In this document: positions 36,846 through 46,386 of the stretch, in pieces
How positions within the stretch are numbered: position 1 is the stretch's first letter
Layout of the letters: each line of letters starts with the position of its first letter
NCBI GenBank assembly: GCA_964618765.1
Contig: CAZUDZ010000003.1
Location: 18,553-82,552 of the forward strand
Source: an uncultured Candidatus Saccharibacteria bacterium
GTDB taxonomy: Bacteria; Patescibacteriota; Dojkabacteria; SC72
Reading direction: 5' to 3'
Length of the DNA stretch: 64,000 nt
Program-made: the position numbers and the translations under genes
Notes under the pieces: generated by a model
Told to the model about the DNA's origin: nothing
The model's database searches: none
Seen by the model: the letters and a program-made list of their open reading frames with translations, nothing else

Positions 36846-38645
36846 ATGTCAAAACCGAAGTTAAACAAACTTACAGAACAGGTAATTAATCAGATAGCGG
36901 CTGGGGAAGTTATAGAGAGACCCTCTTCTGTTGTAAAAGAATTAATAGATAATGCAGTAGATGCTCAAGCAAGTAAGATAGAGATTAAGATTAAGAATGG
37001 AGGTTTGGATCTCATTGAAGTCTCTGACAACGGTATTGGGATTCCTAGTGAGAATATGTCATTGATATTTGATTCTCATACAACATCGAAGATAAAGGAT
37101 ATTGAGGATTTAAATACTCTGTTGAGCATGGGTTTCAGAGGTGAGGCTCTTTCAACAATAACGTCTGTTTCAGAAGTCATACTTACTTCAAAATATGAGC
37201 AGGAGGAATTTGGTAGTGAGATAAAGTTTGATGAAAAAGGTAAATCTGAGGTGAAGAAAACTGCCAAGGAGAGAGGGAGTACAGTAAGAGTTGAGAATAT
37301 CTTTTACAATGTCCCTGCAAGAAGAAAATATCTTAAAACAGCTCAAACAGAATACAGGAAAATATATGAATTACTGTGTAACTATTTCTTAATCTATCCT
37401 AACATTCGCTTTACATTAGAAAAAGATGGGAAAGTTTCTAAAAACCTCCCCTCAGTTATCAATGCCAATTCTGGTGAAATTACAAAAGAAAGAGTAGAGG
37501 AGGTAGTAGGAGAATCAGAAAACTTTCTCAAACTTTTTTACGAAGGGTCGGGTATAAAGGTTAGCGGATATATTGCACACCCTAGCACACACTCAAGTAG
37601 ATCCTCTAAACTGTATATATTTGTAAATAATCGACCAGTAGTAGACAGAGGAATAGTCAGAGCTGTCTATGAAGGCTATTCTAGATACTTACCATACGGT
37701 GAGAAGATCGATTTTGTTGTAAATATAAAAATCAATCCTGAGATTGTAGATGTGAATGTACACCCAAGGAAAGAAGAGGTTCGTTTTGAAAACCCATACA
37801 GAGTATATTCTGCTATAGAGTCTGCAGTAAAACATACTTTAGAGAAGGAGTTTTCTTTTAGTGATGTTTCTTCCGATAGTAGTAAAAGAGACTTCGCTTC
37901 AATGAGGAAATCATTCAGAAGCTCAGATTCTGAACCAAAACAGTATCAATCTCCAAACATATATATGGGCAAAAGATCAAACTCTGTAAAGGATTCTCTA
38001 CTTTTTTCCAAAGAGCTACTAGAGCAGAAACCTCAACCCGATCAGGATCTTTTGTTGGGGAGTGAGGAGAATGGTATTGTAAATATGTTTCAGGTATTTA
38101 ATAAGTATATAGTTATAGAGTTTAACAATGAGGAGCTTTGGATCGTAGATCAACATGCAGCTGCTGAGAGAATTAACTTTGAGAAGCTTTTGAGAGGGAA
38201 AGATAAGATCGATATACAGAGCTATCTTGTTCCGGTAACAGTGAAATTAAAAGAAGAAGAAGCAATGTTTTTAAAAGAATTTAAAGAGTTTTTTAGTAAT
38301 ATAGGAATAGAGTATGATCTTGAAGAGAAGGGAGTGAAGCTTAAATCAGTACCTGTAGAATTTGCTAATTCAGATTTCTCAGAGGTATTTAAGGAAATAT
38401 TCTCCCTAGAAGATGATACAGAAACTTTAACGAAAAACTTTAAAAGATTGAAGGAAAATGTATTAGCTACAATATCATGTCATAGTAGTATTAGAAGTGG
38501 CCAAAAACTCTCCAAGGAAGAGATGTATAATATATATAGTGATCTCTTACACTGTAGAAATCCATATAGTTGTCCTCACGGTCGCCCAGCAGTATGGAAA
38601 CTAACTCTAAAAGAGATTGATAGTAATTTCGAAAGAACATATTAA
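36846..38645 (+). CDS. mutL: DNA mismatch repair endonuclease MutL
   Basis: IAAGEVIERP, GFRGEAL, DVNVHP, DQHAAAERINFE, CPHGRP; start refined to 36846. Confidence 0.98.
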   Translation: MSKPKLNKLTEQVINQIAAGEVIERPSSVVKELIDNAVDAQASKIEIKIKNGGLDLIEVSDNGIGIPSENMSLIFDSHTTSKIKDIEDLNTLLSMGFRGEALSTITSVSEVILTSKYEQEEFGSEIKFDEKGKSEVKKTAKERGSTVRVENIFYNVPARRKYLKTAQTEYRKIYELLCNYFLIYPNIRFTLEKDGKVSKNLPSVINANSGEITKERVEEVVGESENFLKLFYEGSGIKVSGYIAHPSTHSSRSSKLYIFVNNRPVVDRGIVRAVYEGYSRYLPYGEKIDFVVNIKINPEIVDVNVHPRKEEVRFENPYRVYSAIESAVKHTLEKEFSFSDVSSDSSKRDFASMRKSFRSSDSEPKQYQSPNIYMGKRSNSVKDSLLFSKELLEQKPQPDQDLLLGSEENGIVNMFQVFNKYIVIEFNNEELWIVDQHAAAERINFEKLLRGKDKIDIQSYLVPVTVKLKEEEAMFLKEFKEFFSNIGIEYDLEEKGVKLKSVPVEFANSDFSEVFKEIFSLEDDTETLTKNFKRLKENVLATISCHSSIRSGQKLSKEEMYNIYSDLLHCRNPYSCPHGRPAVWKLTLKEIDSNFERTY

Positions 38646-39361
38646 TGAAAAAAGGAACTTTGTATCTAATCCCAACGCCAATAAGCGAGCAACAAGAGAT
38701 GAGTGATATTCTGTTGCCTGACTATCTTAAATTAGTATCTAATTTAGAGTATTTTGTTGTGGAGAAAGGCAAGGTAGCTAGAAAATTCTTAACACAGCTT
38801 CCTCTAAAGAAGAAAGTACAGGAACTTAATATTGAAGAGTTAGATAAGCACTCAGAAGATGAAGATCTAGAGAAATTCCTCAGACCACTTTTAGAAGGCA
38901 AAGACTTAGGTTTAATGTCAGATGCCGGAGTTCCTACAGTAGCAGATCCAGGATTTAAAATAGTAGCTTTAGCGCAGAAACACTCCATTAAAATCACTCC
39001 ATTAGTAGGTCCCTCTTCTATATTACTTGCTCTAATGGCGTCTGGTTTGAACGGACAAAGTTTTACCTTCCATGGATACCTATCAAGGGAAAAAGGCTTA
39101 AAGAGAAAAAAGATTAAAACTCTAGAAAGAATTGCACAAAGCACAAATCAAACGCAAATCTTTATGGAAACTCCATACAGAAATCAATCAATGTTAGAAG
39201 ACATTTTAGATGTGTGTGAAGAAGAGACTTTACTATGTATTGCTATGGATATAATGGGGGAAAAGGAGCTTCTCTCTACAAGAAGTATTCTTCAGTGGAA
39301 GGAAGTAAATATTAATCTTGAGAAAAAACCGTGTCTATTTTTAATAAATAAGAATATATAA
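38645..39361 (+). CDS. RsmI-like tetrapyrrole/rRNA SAM-dependent methyltransferase
   Basis: GTLYLIPTPI, SDAGVPTVADPG, GPSSILLALMASG, FMETPYRN. Confidence 0.9.
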   Translation: MKKGTLYLIPTPISEQQEMSDILLPDYLKLVSNLEYFVVEKGKVARKFLTQLPLKKKVQELNIEELDKHSEDEDLEKFLRPLLEGKDLGLMSDAGVPTVADPGFKIVALAQKHSIKITPLVGPSSILLALMASGLNGQSFTFHGYLSREKGLKRKKIKTLERIAQSTNQTQIFMETPYRNQSMLEDILDVCEEETLLCIAMDIMGEKELLSTRSILQWKEVNINLEKKPCLFLINKNI

Positions 39362-39363
39362 GT

Positions 39364-40632
39364 ATGTCTATATTTATAGGATCGATACCAAACACACAGA
39401 AGGATGATGTGTTACTTGCAAAAAGCATCTCTAAGGGAGAAATCTCTACTGAAGATAGTATACAAAAATTAGAGGAAGAGTTTCAATCTGTTTTCAACAG
39501 TACAGCTCTCCTATTTAATAGAGGAAGAGAGGCTCTGTACTTCTTACTTAAAGAGCTCCAATTAACAAAGGACGATGAGGTTTTAGTACAAGCATTTACC
39601 TGTATTGCAGTTGTTGCACCTATTCTTTGGGTAAAATCCAAACCTCTGTTTGTAGACATTGACCCTAGAACTTTTAATATGAATCTGGATCTTCTTAAAA
39701 AGAATATTTCAAAAAGAACAAGGGCTATTATTCTACAGCATACTTTTGGGAATATAGTAGATGTTAAGAAGGTAAGAGACATTGTTGATGAGATAAATAT
39801 AAATAGAGTAGAAAACAGAAAAATATACATAATTGAGGATTGTGCCCATATTTTTACAACTAAAACCTCCAGTCATGGCATAGGTAAATATAGTGACTTC
39901 TATTTTTTTAGTTTTGCCCAAGACAAAAGTATAAGTTGTACCCAGGGGAGTTCTCTTTTCATAAATAGTCAGGAGCTTCAATCCAAACTACTACAAGAAT
40001 ATAAAAAACTTCCAAGAGTTTCTAATGAACAAGAAAAATATATAACAAGATATATACTTCTTTGGGATAGAATAAAAAGAAACTACTTTAAAACAGTAAT
40101 TCCTTTTACAAATATAACAGTAGGGAGAATCCAGCTAATCCTTTTCCGCCTTCTTGGATTAATTAAAAAACAGGCTTCTTTGGACACATTTACTATTAGT
40201 AATGTACAAAAACTTGGTAACGATCAAGCAGCTTTACTTTTAAACCAATTAAGCAAAGCTGAAACCTTTAATAAACATAGAAGTAATATAGTAACAAATT
40301 ACAACATTAACCTAAGGGAAGAGTTGCGATATAGCTCTAATAATAATACGTTACTTAGATATCCACTGCTCATTAGTAATAGGGGGCAAATAAAAAATCG
40401 ATTGAAGAGCAATAGAATAATAGCAGGTATCTGGTATAGCTCTCCTGTCTTTCCACTAACTTCTGCAGAAGAATTAAAAAAGTGTCATTATGAACTAGGA
40501 TCCTGCCCCGTTGCTGAAAGATTGGGCTCTTTAGTTCTTAATCTTCCAACAAATATAGAAGTAGGAAAGGCAGGTATGGAGGAAATTATAGAAACAGTAA
40601 ATACTTTTGCTAAAGCGACTAAATTTAATTAA
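39364..40632 (+). CDS. DegT/DnrJ/EryC1/StrS PLP aminotransferase
   Basis: QHTFG, IEDCAH, FSFAQDKSI (PLP Lys), CPVAE..LNLP. Confidence 0.9.
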   Translation: MSIFIGSIPNTQKDDVLLAKSISKGEISTEDSIQKLEEEFQSVFNSTALLFNRGREALYFLLKELQLTKDDEVLVQAFTCIAVVAPILWVKSKPLFVDIDPRTFNMNLDLLKKNISKRTRAIILQHTFGNIVDVKKVRDIVDEININRVENRKIYIIEDCAHIFTTKTSSHGIGKYSDFYFFSFAQDKSISCTQGSSLFINSQELQSKLLQEYKKLPRVSNEQEKYITRYILLWDRIKRNYFKTVIPFTNITVGRIQLILFRLLGLIKKQASLDTFTISNVQKLGNDQAALLLNQLSKAETFNKHRSNIVTNYNINLREELRYSSNNNTLLRYPLLISNRGQIKNRLKSNRIIAGIWYSSPVFPLTSAEELKKCHYELGSCPVAERLGSLVLNLPTNIEVGKAGMEEIIETVNTFAKATKFN

Positions 40633-40640
40633 CATATAGT

Positions 40641-41699
40641 ATGGATTTGCAATTTGAGAATATTGATGATGACAGTAAATGGGATGAGCTTGTTAAAGAA
40701 CTTCCCACTTACTCCTTCTTAAATAGCAGTGCTAGATACAGATACAACCAAGAAGTAGGGTCTAAAAGCTTTAGATTTGCAATTTTTGAGAAAGACCGAT
40801 ACATAGGGATAATTATGGCCTCTGTAGGCCGATCTAAGCTCTTTGGAAACTTCTTGGAGTGTAAACACTCCCCTTATTTAGTTAGAAACACTCAAAAGTA
40901 TTGGGAGGAGATATTTTTCTTCTGTAAGAGTATTGCAAAAGAAAATAGCTGTTTTCTTTTAAGATTTGCTCCTTTGTATGTAGAAAATAATGAGCTTTTA
41001 AAATTTTACAATGCCAATTCTTTCAAAGAAGCCCCAATACATAATGTAGATGCATTAATTTCTCAGCAACTTAATTTGGAAGAGGATATAGAAAGTATTA
41101 GAAGAGGAATGAATAAAACAAAAAGGAATTTGCTAAACAGGTTGATAGGGAATGAGGATATTAAGGTAGGAGTTTTTAATGATACTTCTCAATTTCAAAT
41201 ATTTAAGGAATTTCATGAACAGACAGTAAAGCTAAAGGGATATACAGATAAACCTGTGAATTTATTACTAAAAGAATTAGAACAACAGGTGGAGAAAGGG
41301 ATGTGCTACATGTTAGTGGGATATTACAAGGAGAAAGCGATAGGGGTATGGCAATGTACAGTATATGGTAAACATATGCACCTATATCAGGCAGCTACGG
41401 ATACAGAATTTAGAGATAAGAACATAAATATCTCGTATATTCTTTTCTGGGAGGCTATAAAATTAGGTAAACAGTTAAACTGTGAAATTTTTGATCTTTT
41501 TGGAGGTGTTGTCCCAGAGGCATTTGAAGAGAAGAAACATCCTTGGAGAGGAGTTAACGATTTTAAACGAAGTTTAGGAGGGCAAAAGGTAACATACATG
41601 CACAGTAGAGATTATGCATTAAACAAATTACTGTACCCAATATACTATATATACTCTTGGTTTAGAACTTCGATAAAGGGTCATACGATAAAGTGGTAA
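40641..41699 (+). CDS. FemAB/FemX-like peptidoglycan bridge aminoacyltransferase
   Basis: SFLNS, MNKTKRNL, ILFWEAIK, FDLFGG, HPWRGVNDFKRSLGG. Confidence 0.85.
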   Translation: MDLQFENIDDDSKWDELVKELPTYSFLNSSARYRYNQEVGSKSFRFAIFEKDRYIGIIMASVGRSKLFGNFLECKHSPYLVRNTQKYWEEIFFFCKSIAKENSCFLLRFAPLYVENNELLKFYNANSFKEAPIHNVDALISQQLNLEEDIESIRRGMNKTKRNLLNRLIGNEDIKVGVFNDTSQFQIFKEFHEQTVKLKGYTDKPVNLLLKELEQQVEKGMCYMLVGYYKEKAIGVWQCTVYGKHMHLYQAATDTEFRDKNINISYILFWEAIKLGKQLNCEIFDLFGGVVPEAFEEKKHPWRGVNDFKRSLGGQKVTYMHSRDYALNKLLYPIYYIYSWFRTSIKGHTIKW

Positions 41700-41706
41700 T
41701 TTAACA

Positions 41707-43443
41707 CTACCAACTACTTCCACCACCGCCACCACTTCCTCCTCCGCTACTTCCACCACTAAAACCACTACCACCTGAGCCTCCATGGCTTGATGTAAAT
41801 CCTCCTGCACTATTAGGAGCAGTAGATTTAAATTTAACACTCCTACCAATATTGGAAATAGAGTTGGCAAGATAGTAGGAATTAAAGGTATTCATGTTTC
41901 CCTGATACCAGTCAGGGGGTTCTTTGTATATATCCTTAAATTCACTTGCCCATTTCTTTTCTAATCCAAAAATAATTGCGTATGGGAGTAATGTCTCAAA
42001 AACACCTCTGTATTTCTCTGGATCATTATGAAACTCAATCCTGTGTTTCTCTGCTGTATCTATATACATCTTTAACCCCTCTAATTCATAGTATGATTGA
42101 CTCCCTTTCTTAGCTTTCAAGTTAACTTTTGAAGAGAAAATAATTGCGAGAATGGAGGAGAGTAAAAACCCAATACTCCAACCTGTTGCAGCAAGTTCAG
42201 AGAAGTACCCAAAGGTCATAAAGGATAGAGTGGAACCTAGAATTCCGAAAGTTGACATTCTGTTTCTTAACTTCTTTCTTTTTTCCTCAAAATACCCTTC
42301 ATCGTAGGCTACACTGTCTAATTCCTTTGATAGATTTTGAACGGTTAAATAATAAAAAGAGGAGGAGATTTTTTTAGTGTTAACAGAATCAGATCCATTA
42401 AATAGCCCTGCATATAACATTCTAGAGGAATCTCTTGTGATATCTTTCTCTACCTGAGTCTTCTCTAAAATATAATTTCTTTTCCCTTCCTGTTTAATCC
42501 GAATATGACCCTCTATCGCAAGTTGAATAATTTCTGCAGTAATATGCTTATTATCAAGCTTGCTAGAGTGTATATATCCCGCAAGCAAAGGATACATACC
42601 TTTTTCAGGTTCATAGTGGGGTATTACAGTAATTTTTTTGTTTTTACCTTTCTTGTTAATAATGAAAAGGAAGAAGAAAAAGAATGGTATGGGCAAGAAG
42701 ATTCCTATATTTGCAAGTAAGAAAGCAACCGTTTGTTCTGCTCTAGTGTCCTTCAGGGTGTCTTTTGGCATTTTAAGGGCAACAGTATATCCTTCGAGAG
42801 AACCTAAAGCTCTAGTAGTTGTACCTACTATTTGAGTGTCGCTTAATTTTTCAAAGGTACACTCCGATGCTGTAGAATCTTTTGGCCCAGTAAAGCAGAT
42901 AGTATCAGTAATCGTACCAGGAACCTCTATATTAGCAGAAACTGTTTCTATTGGCACAGACCATCCGTTACCAGTAATATTTAGGAATAGCTCATCATGA
43001 TCATCGAAGTAGTTAATTGTGTTTTTCAAGGAGTACTGTATGACATATACATACTCTCCCTGTATTGTGATATTTGGGTTACCTATCTTAAATATCTCAT
43101 ATCCACTTTTTTTACTCCTTTTATAATCGACTCTTTTAAGAGTAGGCTCATTTACTGGGTAGTAATATACTTCATCAAGTACTAATATTGTAGGTCTACG
43201 CAAAGCAGCCTGTACTTTGTAATCTACAGGAATTTCTCTAATGATTCCTCTCTTAGGGATAGGGAAAAAATAATGGATCTCTTCCCTAATCTTAATGTCT
43301 GTATTCTGATCTAATTGAATATCACTCTTAAAAAGAGTAATTCTTTCAATATTTAATCCCTCCTGTGCATATGTAGGGGAGAGTGAAAGTAGGGGTGTTA
43401 AAAAAAGTACACCAACGAAGAATGCCTTAAAGAAATTTTTCAT
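41707..43443 (-). CDS. DUF2207-family membrane protein
   Basis: RGIIREIP, NITGNGWSVPI, LLPYAIIFG..KKWA..F, Gly/Ser-rich GGGGGSSW end. Confidence 0.92.
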   Translation of the reverse strand: MKNFFKAFFVGVLFLTPLLSLSPTYAQEGLNIERITLFKSDIQLDQNTDIKIREEIHYFFPIPKRGIIREIPVDYKVQAALRRPTILVLDEVYYYPVNEPTLKRVDYKRSKKSGYEIFKIGNPNITIQGEYVYVIQYSLKNTINYFDDHDELFLNITGNGWSVPIETVSANIEVPGTITDTICFTGPKDSTASECTFEKLSDTQIVGTTTRALGSLEGYTVALKMPKDTLKDTRAEQTVAFLLANIGIFLPIPFFFFFLFIINKKGKNKKITVIPHYEPEKGMYPLLAGYIHSSKLDNKHITAEIIQLAIEGHIRIKQEGKRNYILEKTQVEKDITRDSSRMLYAGLFNGSDSVNTKKISSSFYYLTVQNLSKELDSVAYDEGYFEEKRKKLRNRMSTFGILGSTLSFMTFGYFSELAATGWSIGFLLSSILAIIFSSKVNLKAKKGSQSYYELEGLKMYIDTAEKHRIEFHNDPEKYRGVFETLLPYAIIFGLEKKWASEFKDIYKEPPDWYQGNMNTFNSYYLANSISNIGRSVKFKSTAPNSAGGFTSSHGGSGGSGFSGGSSGGGSGGGGGSSW

Positions 43444-43457
43444 AGATATCTTTACGA

Positions 43458-44000
43458 TTAGAATTTTATTTCTACATTTTTCTGCTCTTCTTCAGTTGCT
43501 TCAAAGAAGGCTACTTTCTTAAAACCGAAAATACCTGAAAGCAAATTATTTGGGAATACAGCTATCATGGTATTAAAGTCTCTAGCAGCACCGTTGTAGA
43601 ATCTCCTAGATTTCTGAATATTGTTCTCCAACTCTTTCAAAGCTGATTGTAACTCTAAGAAGTTTGTGTTGGCTTTTAGTTCTGGATAGTTTTCAGCTAT
43701 TGCTACTATTCTTGAAAGAGCTTTTGTTAACTCTCCTTCTATTTCCATCTTCTCTTCTAAAGATCCAGCAGACATTGCCTTTGCTCTCATCTCAGTTATA
43801 CTCTTAAAGGTTTCTTGTTCATGCTTTGCATATCCTTTAACTATTTCAACAAGATTAGGAATCATATCGTATCTTTGTTTTAGAAAAGTCTCGATATCAG
43901 CAGAAGCTTCCTCTACTAAAACTTTCTGTTTAGCAAGTTTATTAAAAAGAGTTACCAGAACTATTAGCAACAAAACTAACACTCCAATTGCATATATCAT
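43458..44000 (-). CDS. lemA: LemA-family protein
   Basis: QRYDMIPNLVEIVKGYA, AENYPELKAN, SRRFYN, FPNN. Confidence 0.95.
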   Translation of the reverse strand: MIYAIGVLVLLLIVLVTLFNKLAKQKVLVEEASADIETFLKQRYDMIPNLVEIVKGYAKHEQETFKSITEMRAKAMSAGSLEEKMEIEGELTKALSRIVAIAENYPELKANTNFLELQSALKELENNIQKSRRFYNGAARDFNTMIAVFPNNLLSGIFGFKKVAFFEATEEEQKNVEIKF

Positions 44001-44045
44001 ATATTTACCATCATTAATTTATATATTTATATTGTAATTGTTTCT

Positions 44046-44327
44046 TTATGGTTTTGCAATAGATTTTTCAATCTTTATGGCGCTCTCATTTATTAACGCA
44101 TCCGTTATTTTCTCCAAAGCATTTGTCAAGTCTCGTTGGTACTGACTCTGTGAAATTCTCATCTTTTGAGCAGCCTGATTTTGATCTAATTTTTTTAAAT
44201 ATCTCAACCTTAAGGACTCTAATTCTTCAAAAGAGATCACTGTTTCTGGTAATAGGTTAAGAGGTACTCCTCTAGGTTTGAAATATGTCTCTCTAAAATT
44301 GTAATTAATTCTTCTTCTCCTTCTCAT
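44046..44327 (-). CDS. DUF134-family putative DNA-binding protein
   Basis: YFKPRGVP, EELESLRL, QNQAAQKMRISQ, KITDALI. Confidence 0.88.
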   Translation of the reverse strand: MRRRRRINYNFRETYFKPRGVPLNLLPETVISFEELESLRLRYLKKLDQNQAAQKMRISQSQYQRDLTNALEKITDALINESAIKIEKSIAKP

Positions 44328-44350
44328 ATGTTTATTAATGATTAATAATG

Positions 44351-44382
44351 GAAAAGAGGCAATTATCGCTAACTGCCTCTTT
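44351..44382 (-). terminator. Hairpin, terminator-like, between the DUF5320-like and DUF134 genes
   Basis: AAAGAGGCA...TGCCTCTTT stem. Confidence 0.55.
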
Positions 44383-44388
44383 AATGTA

Positions 44389-44595
44389 TTAGCACAGTTC
44401 TCCTTTTAAGGGAGTTCCGCATTTAGGACAATTTATGGAGGTACAAGGGATACCTCTTTTATGAGGTTCTTTGTGTCCACAAGTAGGGCAGCTACACTCC
44501 GCAGAACCACCTAAGCCTCTTGGACGAGGGCTATTTACTCTTTTTCCTGTTCTAGGACCTTGTCCCATTGGTCCAGTTCCATCTAAGTTAGGCAT
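44389..44595 (-). CDS. DUF5320-like small protein with Cys-rich zinc ribbon
   Basis: MPNLDGTGPMGQGPRTG; CSCPTCG...GIPC...CPKCG. Confidence 0.85.
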   Translation of the reverse strand: MPNLDGTGPMGQGPRTGKRVNSPRPRGLGGSAECSCPTCGHKEPHKRGIPCTSINCPKCGTPLKGELC

Positions 44596-44619
44596 ATTAT
44601 TTATTATTATAATTTAATG

Positions 44620-44667
44620 TGGGTATATACCCATTACCATTCTAACAACCATTGACAGCTCTGTCAA
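44620..44667 (-). promoter_or_regulatory. Sigma70 promoter TTGACA-17-TAGAAT with palindromic operator TGGGTATATACCCA at the predicted TSS
   Basis: -35 at 44667-44662, -10 at 44644-44639, perfect 14-bp palindrome at 44620-44633. Confidence 0.7.
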
Positions 44668-44714
44668 GAGTGTATTATGTAAGCTGTAAAACAGGGTATG
44701 ATATAATAAACTAT

Positions 44715-45416
44715 ATGAACAAGGAAAATAGCAACCACATAGTAAAGATCCTAGAAATTGATCAACTAACGCATGATGTTAAAAGGTTTAGGGTTGAAAA
44801 ACCAACAAATTACAGATTCATACCAGGACAGGCTACAGAGGTAGCAGTAAATCAGGGAGATTTTAGAGATCGATTCCACCCATTCACATTTACTAATTTA
44901 AACGAAGATAATTACTTAGAATTTATGATTAAAGGATATCCTGTAAGTAAATACCCTAATCATTCAGGTGTAACGGAAAGAATACATCAACTAGAAATTG
45001 GAGATGAACTCCTGATTAAAGGACCTGTTGGAACTATAAAGTATAAAGGAAAGGGCGTGTTTTTAGCAGGAGGAGCAGGAATTACTCCTTTTGTTGCAAT
45101 ATTTAGAGATCTAGAGAAGAAGAATGAACTGGATAGTAATACGTTGATATTTTCTAATAAAAATCATAAAGATATTATCATCAAAGATGAATTAGAGGAT
45201 CTTTTTAGCAAAAATAACCTATTATTAACCTTAACAAGAGAGAAGGTTAAAGATTGTGAATATGGAAGAATAGATTCGGTAATGATGAAAAAACATATTA
45301 AAGATTTTAATCAATACTTCTATATATGTGGTCCTTCTGGTTTTGAAGAGTCTTTAATATCTGATCTAGTACTGCTAGGAGTTAATAGGGAGAATATAAT
45401 AATAGAAGAGTGGTAG
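44715..45416 (+). CDS. FNR-like flavodoxin/ferredoxin reductase
   Basis: FIPGQA, HPFTFT, LAGGAGITPF, FYICGP; start refined to 44715. Confidence 0.9.
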   Translation: MNKENSNHIVKILEIDQLTHDVKRFRVEKPTNYRFIPGQATEVAVNQGDFRDRFHPFTFTNLNEDNYLEFMIKGYPVSKYPNHSGVTERIHQLEIGDELLIKGPVGTIKYKGKGVFLAGGAGITPFVAIFRDLEKKNELDSNTLIFSNKNHKDIIIKDELEDLFSKNNLLLTLTREKVKDCEYGRIDSVMMKKHIKDFNQYFYICGPSGFEESLISDLVLLGVNRENIIIEEW

Positions 45417-45464
45417 GAGTTGGGGTGTTTTCTAAGTTATTTAATTTAAACATAGATTAAATAT

Positions 45465-45713
45465 ATGGAATACAACTCAGAAGGGCTAACAGATAGTATA
45501 AACAAGTTAAATGATACTTTGGAAAGGAAGTTAGAGATATGGAGAATTTTTCTTAATGCTGTAATTTCTGGAATAGGTACTGCAGTAGGAGCTGCTCTGA
45601 TTGGTGCAATAGTGGTTGGAGTAATAGCTTCTAATTTAGACAGAGTCCCCATCTTAAGAGACATACTCCCAGATAACATTGAGAAATATATAGAGGAGAG
45701 TAGTAATGATTAA
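45465..45713 (+). CDS. Small membrane protein (DUF5665-like)
   Basis: FLNAVISGIGTAVGAALI...RVPIL. Confidence 0.65.
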   Translation: MEYNSEGLTDSINKLNDTLERKLEIWRIFLNAVISGIGTAVGAALIGAIVVGVIASNLDRVPILRDILPDNIEKYIEESSND

Positions 45714-45737
45714 ACTTTTCTGATGTTTTATTAAAAA

Positions 45738-45811
45738 TCGGGGAGACAGGACTTGAACCTGCGGCCTCTGCGTCCCAAACGCAGCGTTCTAGCCATCTGA
45801 ACTACTCCCCG
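45738..45811 (-). tRNA. tRNA-Pro(TGG)
   Basis: Acceptor CGGGGAG/CTCCCCG, anticodon arm CTGCG-TTTGGGA-CGCAG, GTTCAAG. Confidence 0.96.
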
Positions 45812-45846
45812 ATATCATTAACTAGAGAATTCTATCATAATATAAC

Positions 45847-45874
45847 AAAAAAGGGGAGAATAAATCCCCCCTTT
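45847..45874 (-). terminator. Intrinsic terminator
   Basis: Minus strand GGGGA-TTTATTC-TCCCC followed by TTTTTT, after the 45897-46247 gene. Confidence 0.65.
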
Positions 45875-45896
45875 AGTTAGTTTGCATAAAACTGCT

Positions 45897-46247
45897 TTAG
45901 AAAGCACCCATAAGCTTCAATGCCCATCCTGACACTACTGGTACGTCATATCTTTGACCCTTAGATGCTTTAACCATAGCTACTATGATTAAAATCCAAA
46001 CTACAACAGTAAATGGTACTGTTATAATCCAACCTATTACAGGAATGATTCCCAATACTAGCTGAATTGCACCAATTATTGCAAATTGTGCGCCCATATA
46101 TCTTACAAACTGATCATTTTTTTCTACAAAAAGAAGTATCAATCCAATGATAGGGAAGCAGGCCAAAATAGCCATCACCTTATTCGCTTCATTGAATCTA
46201 ATCTCTTCTAATGTATAAACTTTTTTGGCTCGTTTCTCTTCTGCCAT
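45897..46247 (-). CDS. DUF4870/Tic20-like membrane protein
   Basis: MAILAC...EKNDQFVRY..AQ...IPVIGW...KASKGQRYDVPV. Confidence 0.8.
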   Translation of the reverse strand: MAEEKRAKKVYTLEEIRFNEANKVMAILACFPIIGLILLFVEKNDQFVRYMGAQFAIIGAIQLVLGIIPVIGWIITVPFTVVVWILIIVAMVKASKGQRYDVPVVSGWALKLMGAF

Positions 46248-46386
46248 AATAAATAAAGAAATTAATTTAAGTTATGTCCCTAGTATAGTATTTGGAGTGC
46301 TTTTATGCAAGTCACAGTTCTATAGGTACTTGTATACCCTGGCTCCATAGAGGTATACTGTAAAACTAAATTTACTAATTAAAAAC

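Noticed and set aside
41710-41810. ccaccacc/cctcc repeats
   Set aside because: They encode the normal Gly/Ser-rich C-terminus of DUF2207 proteins
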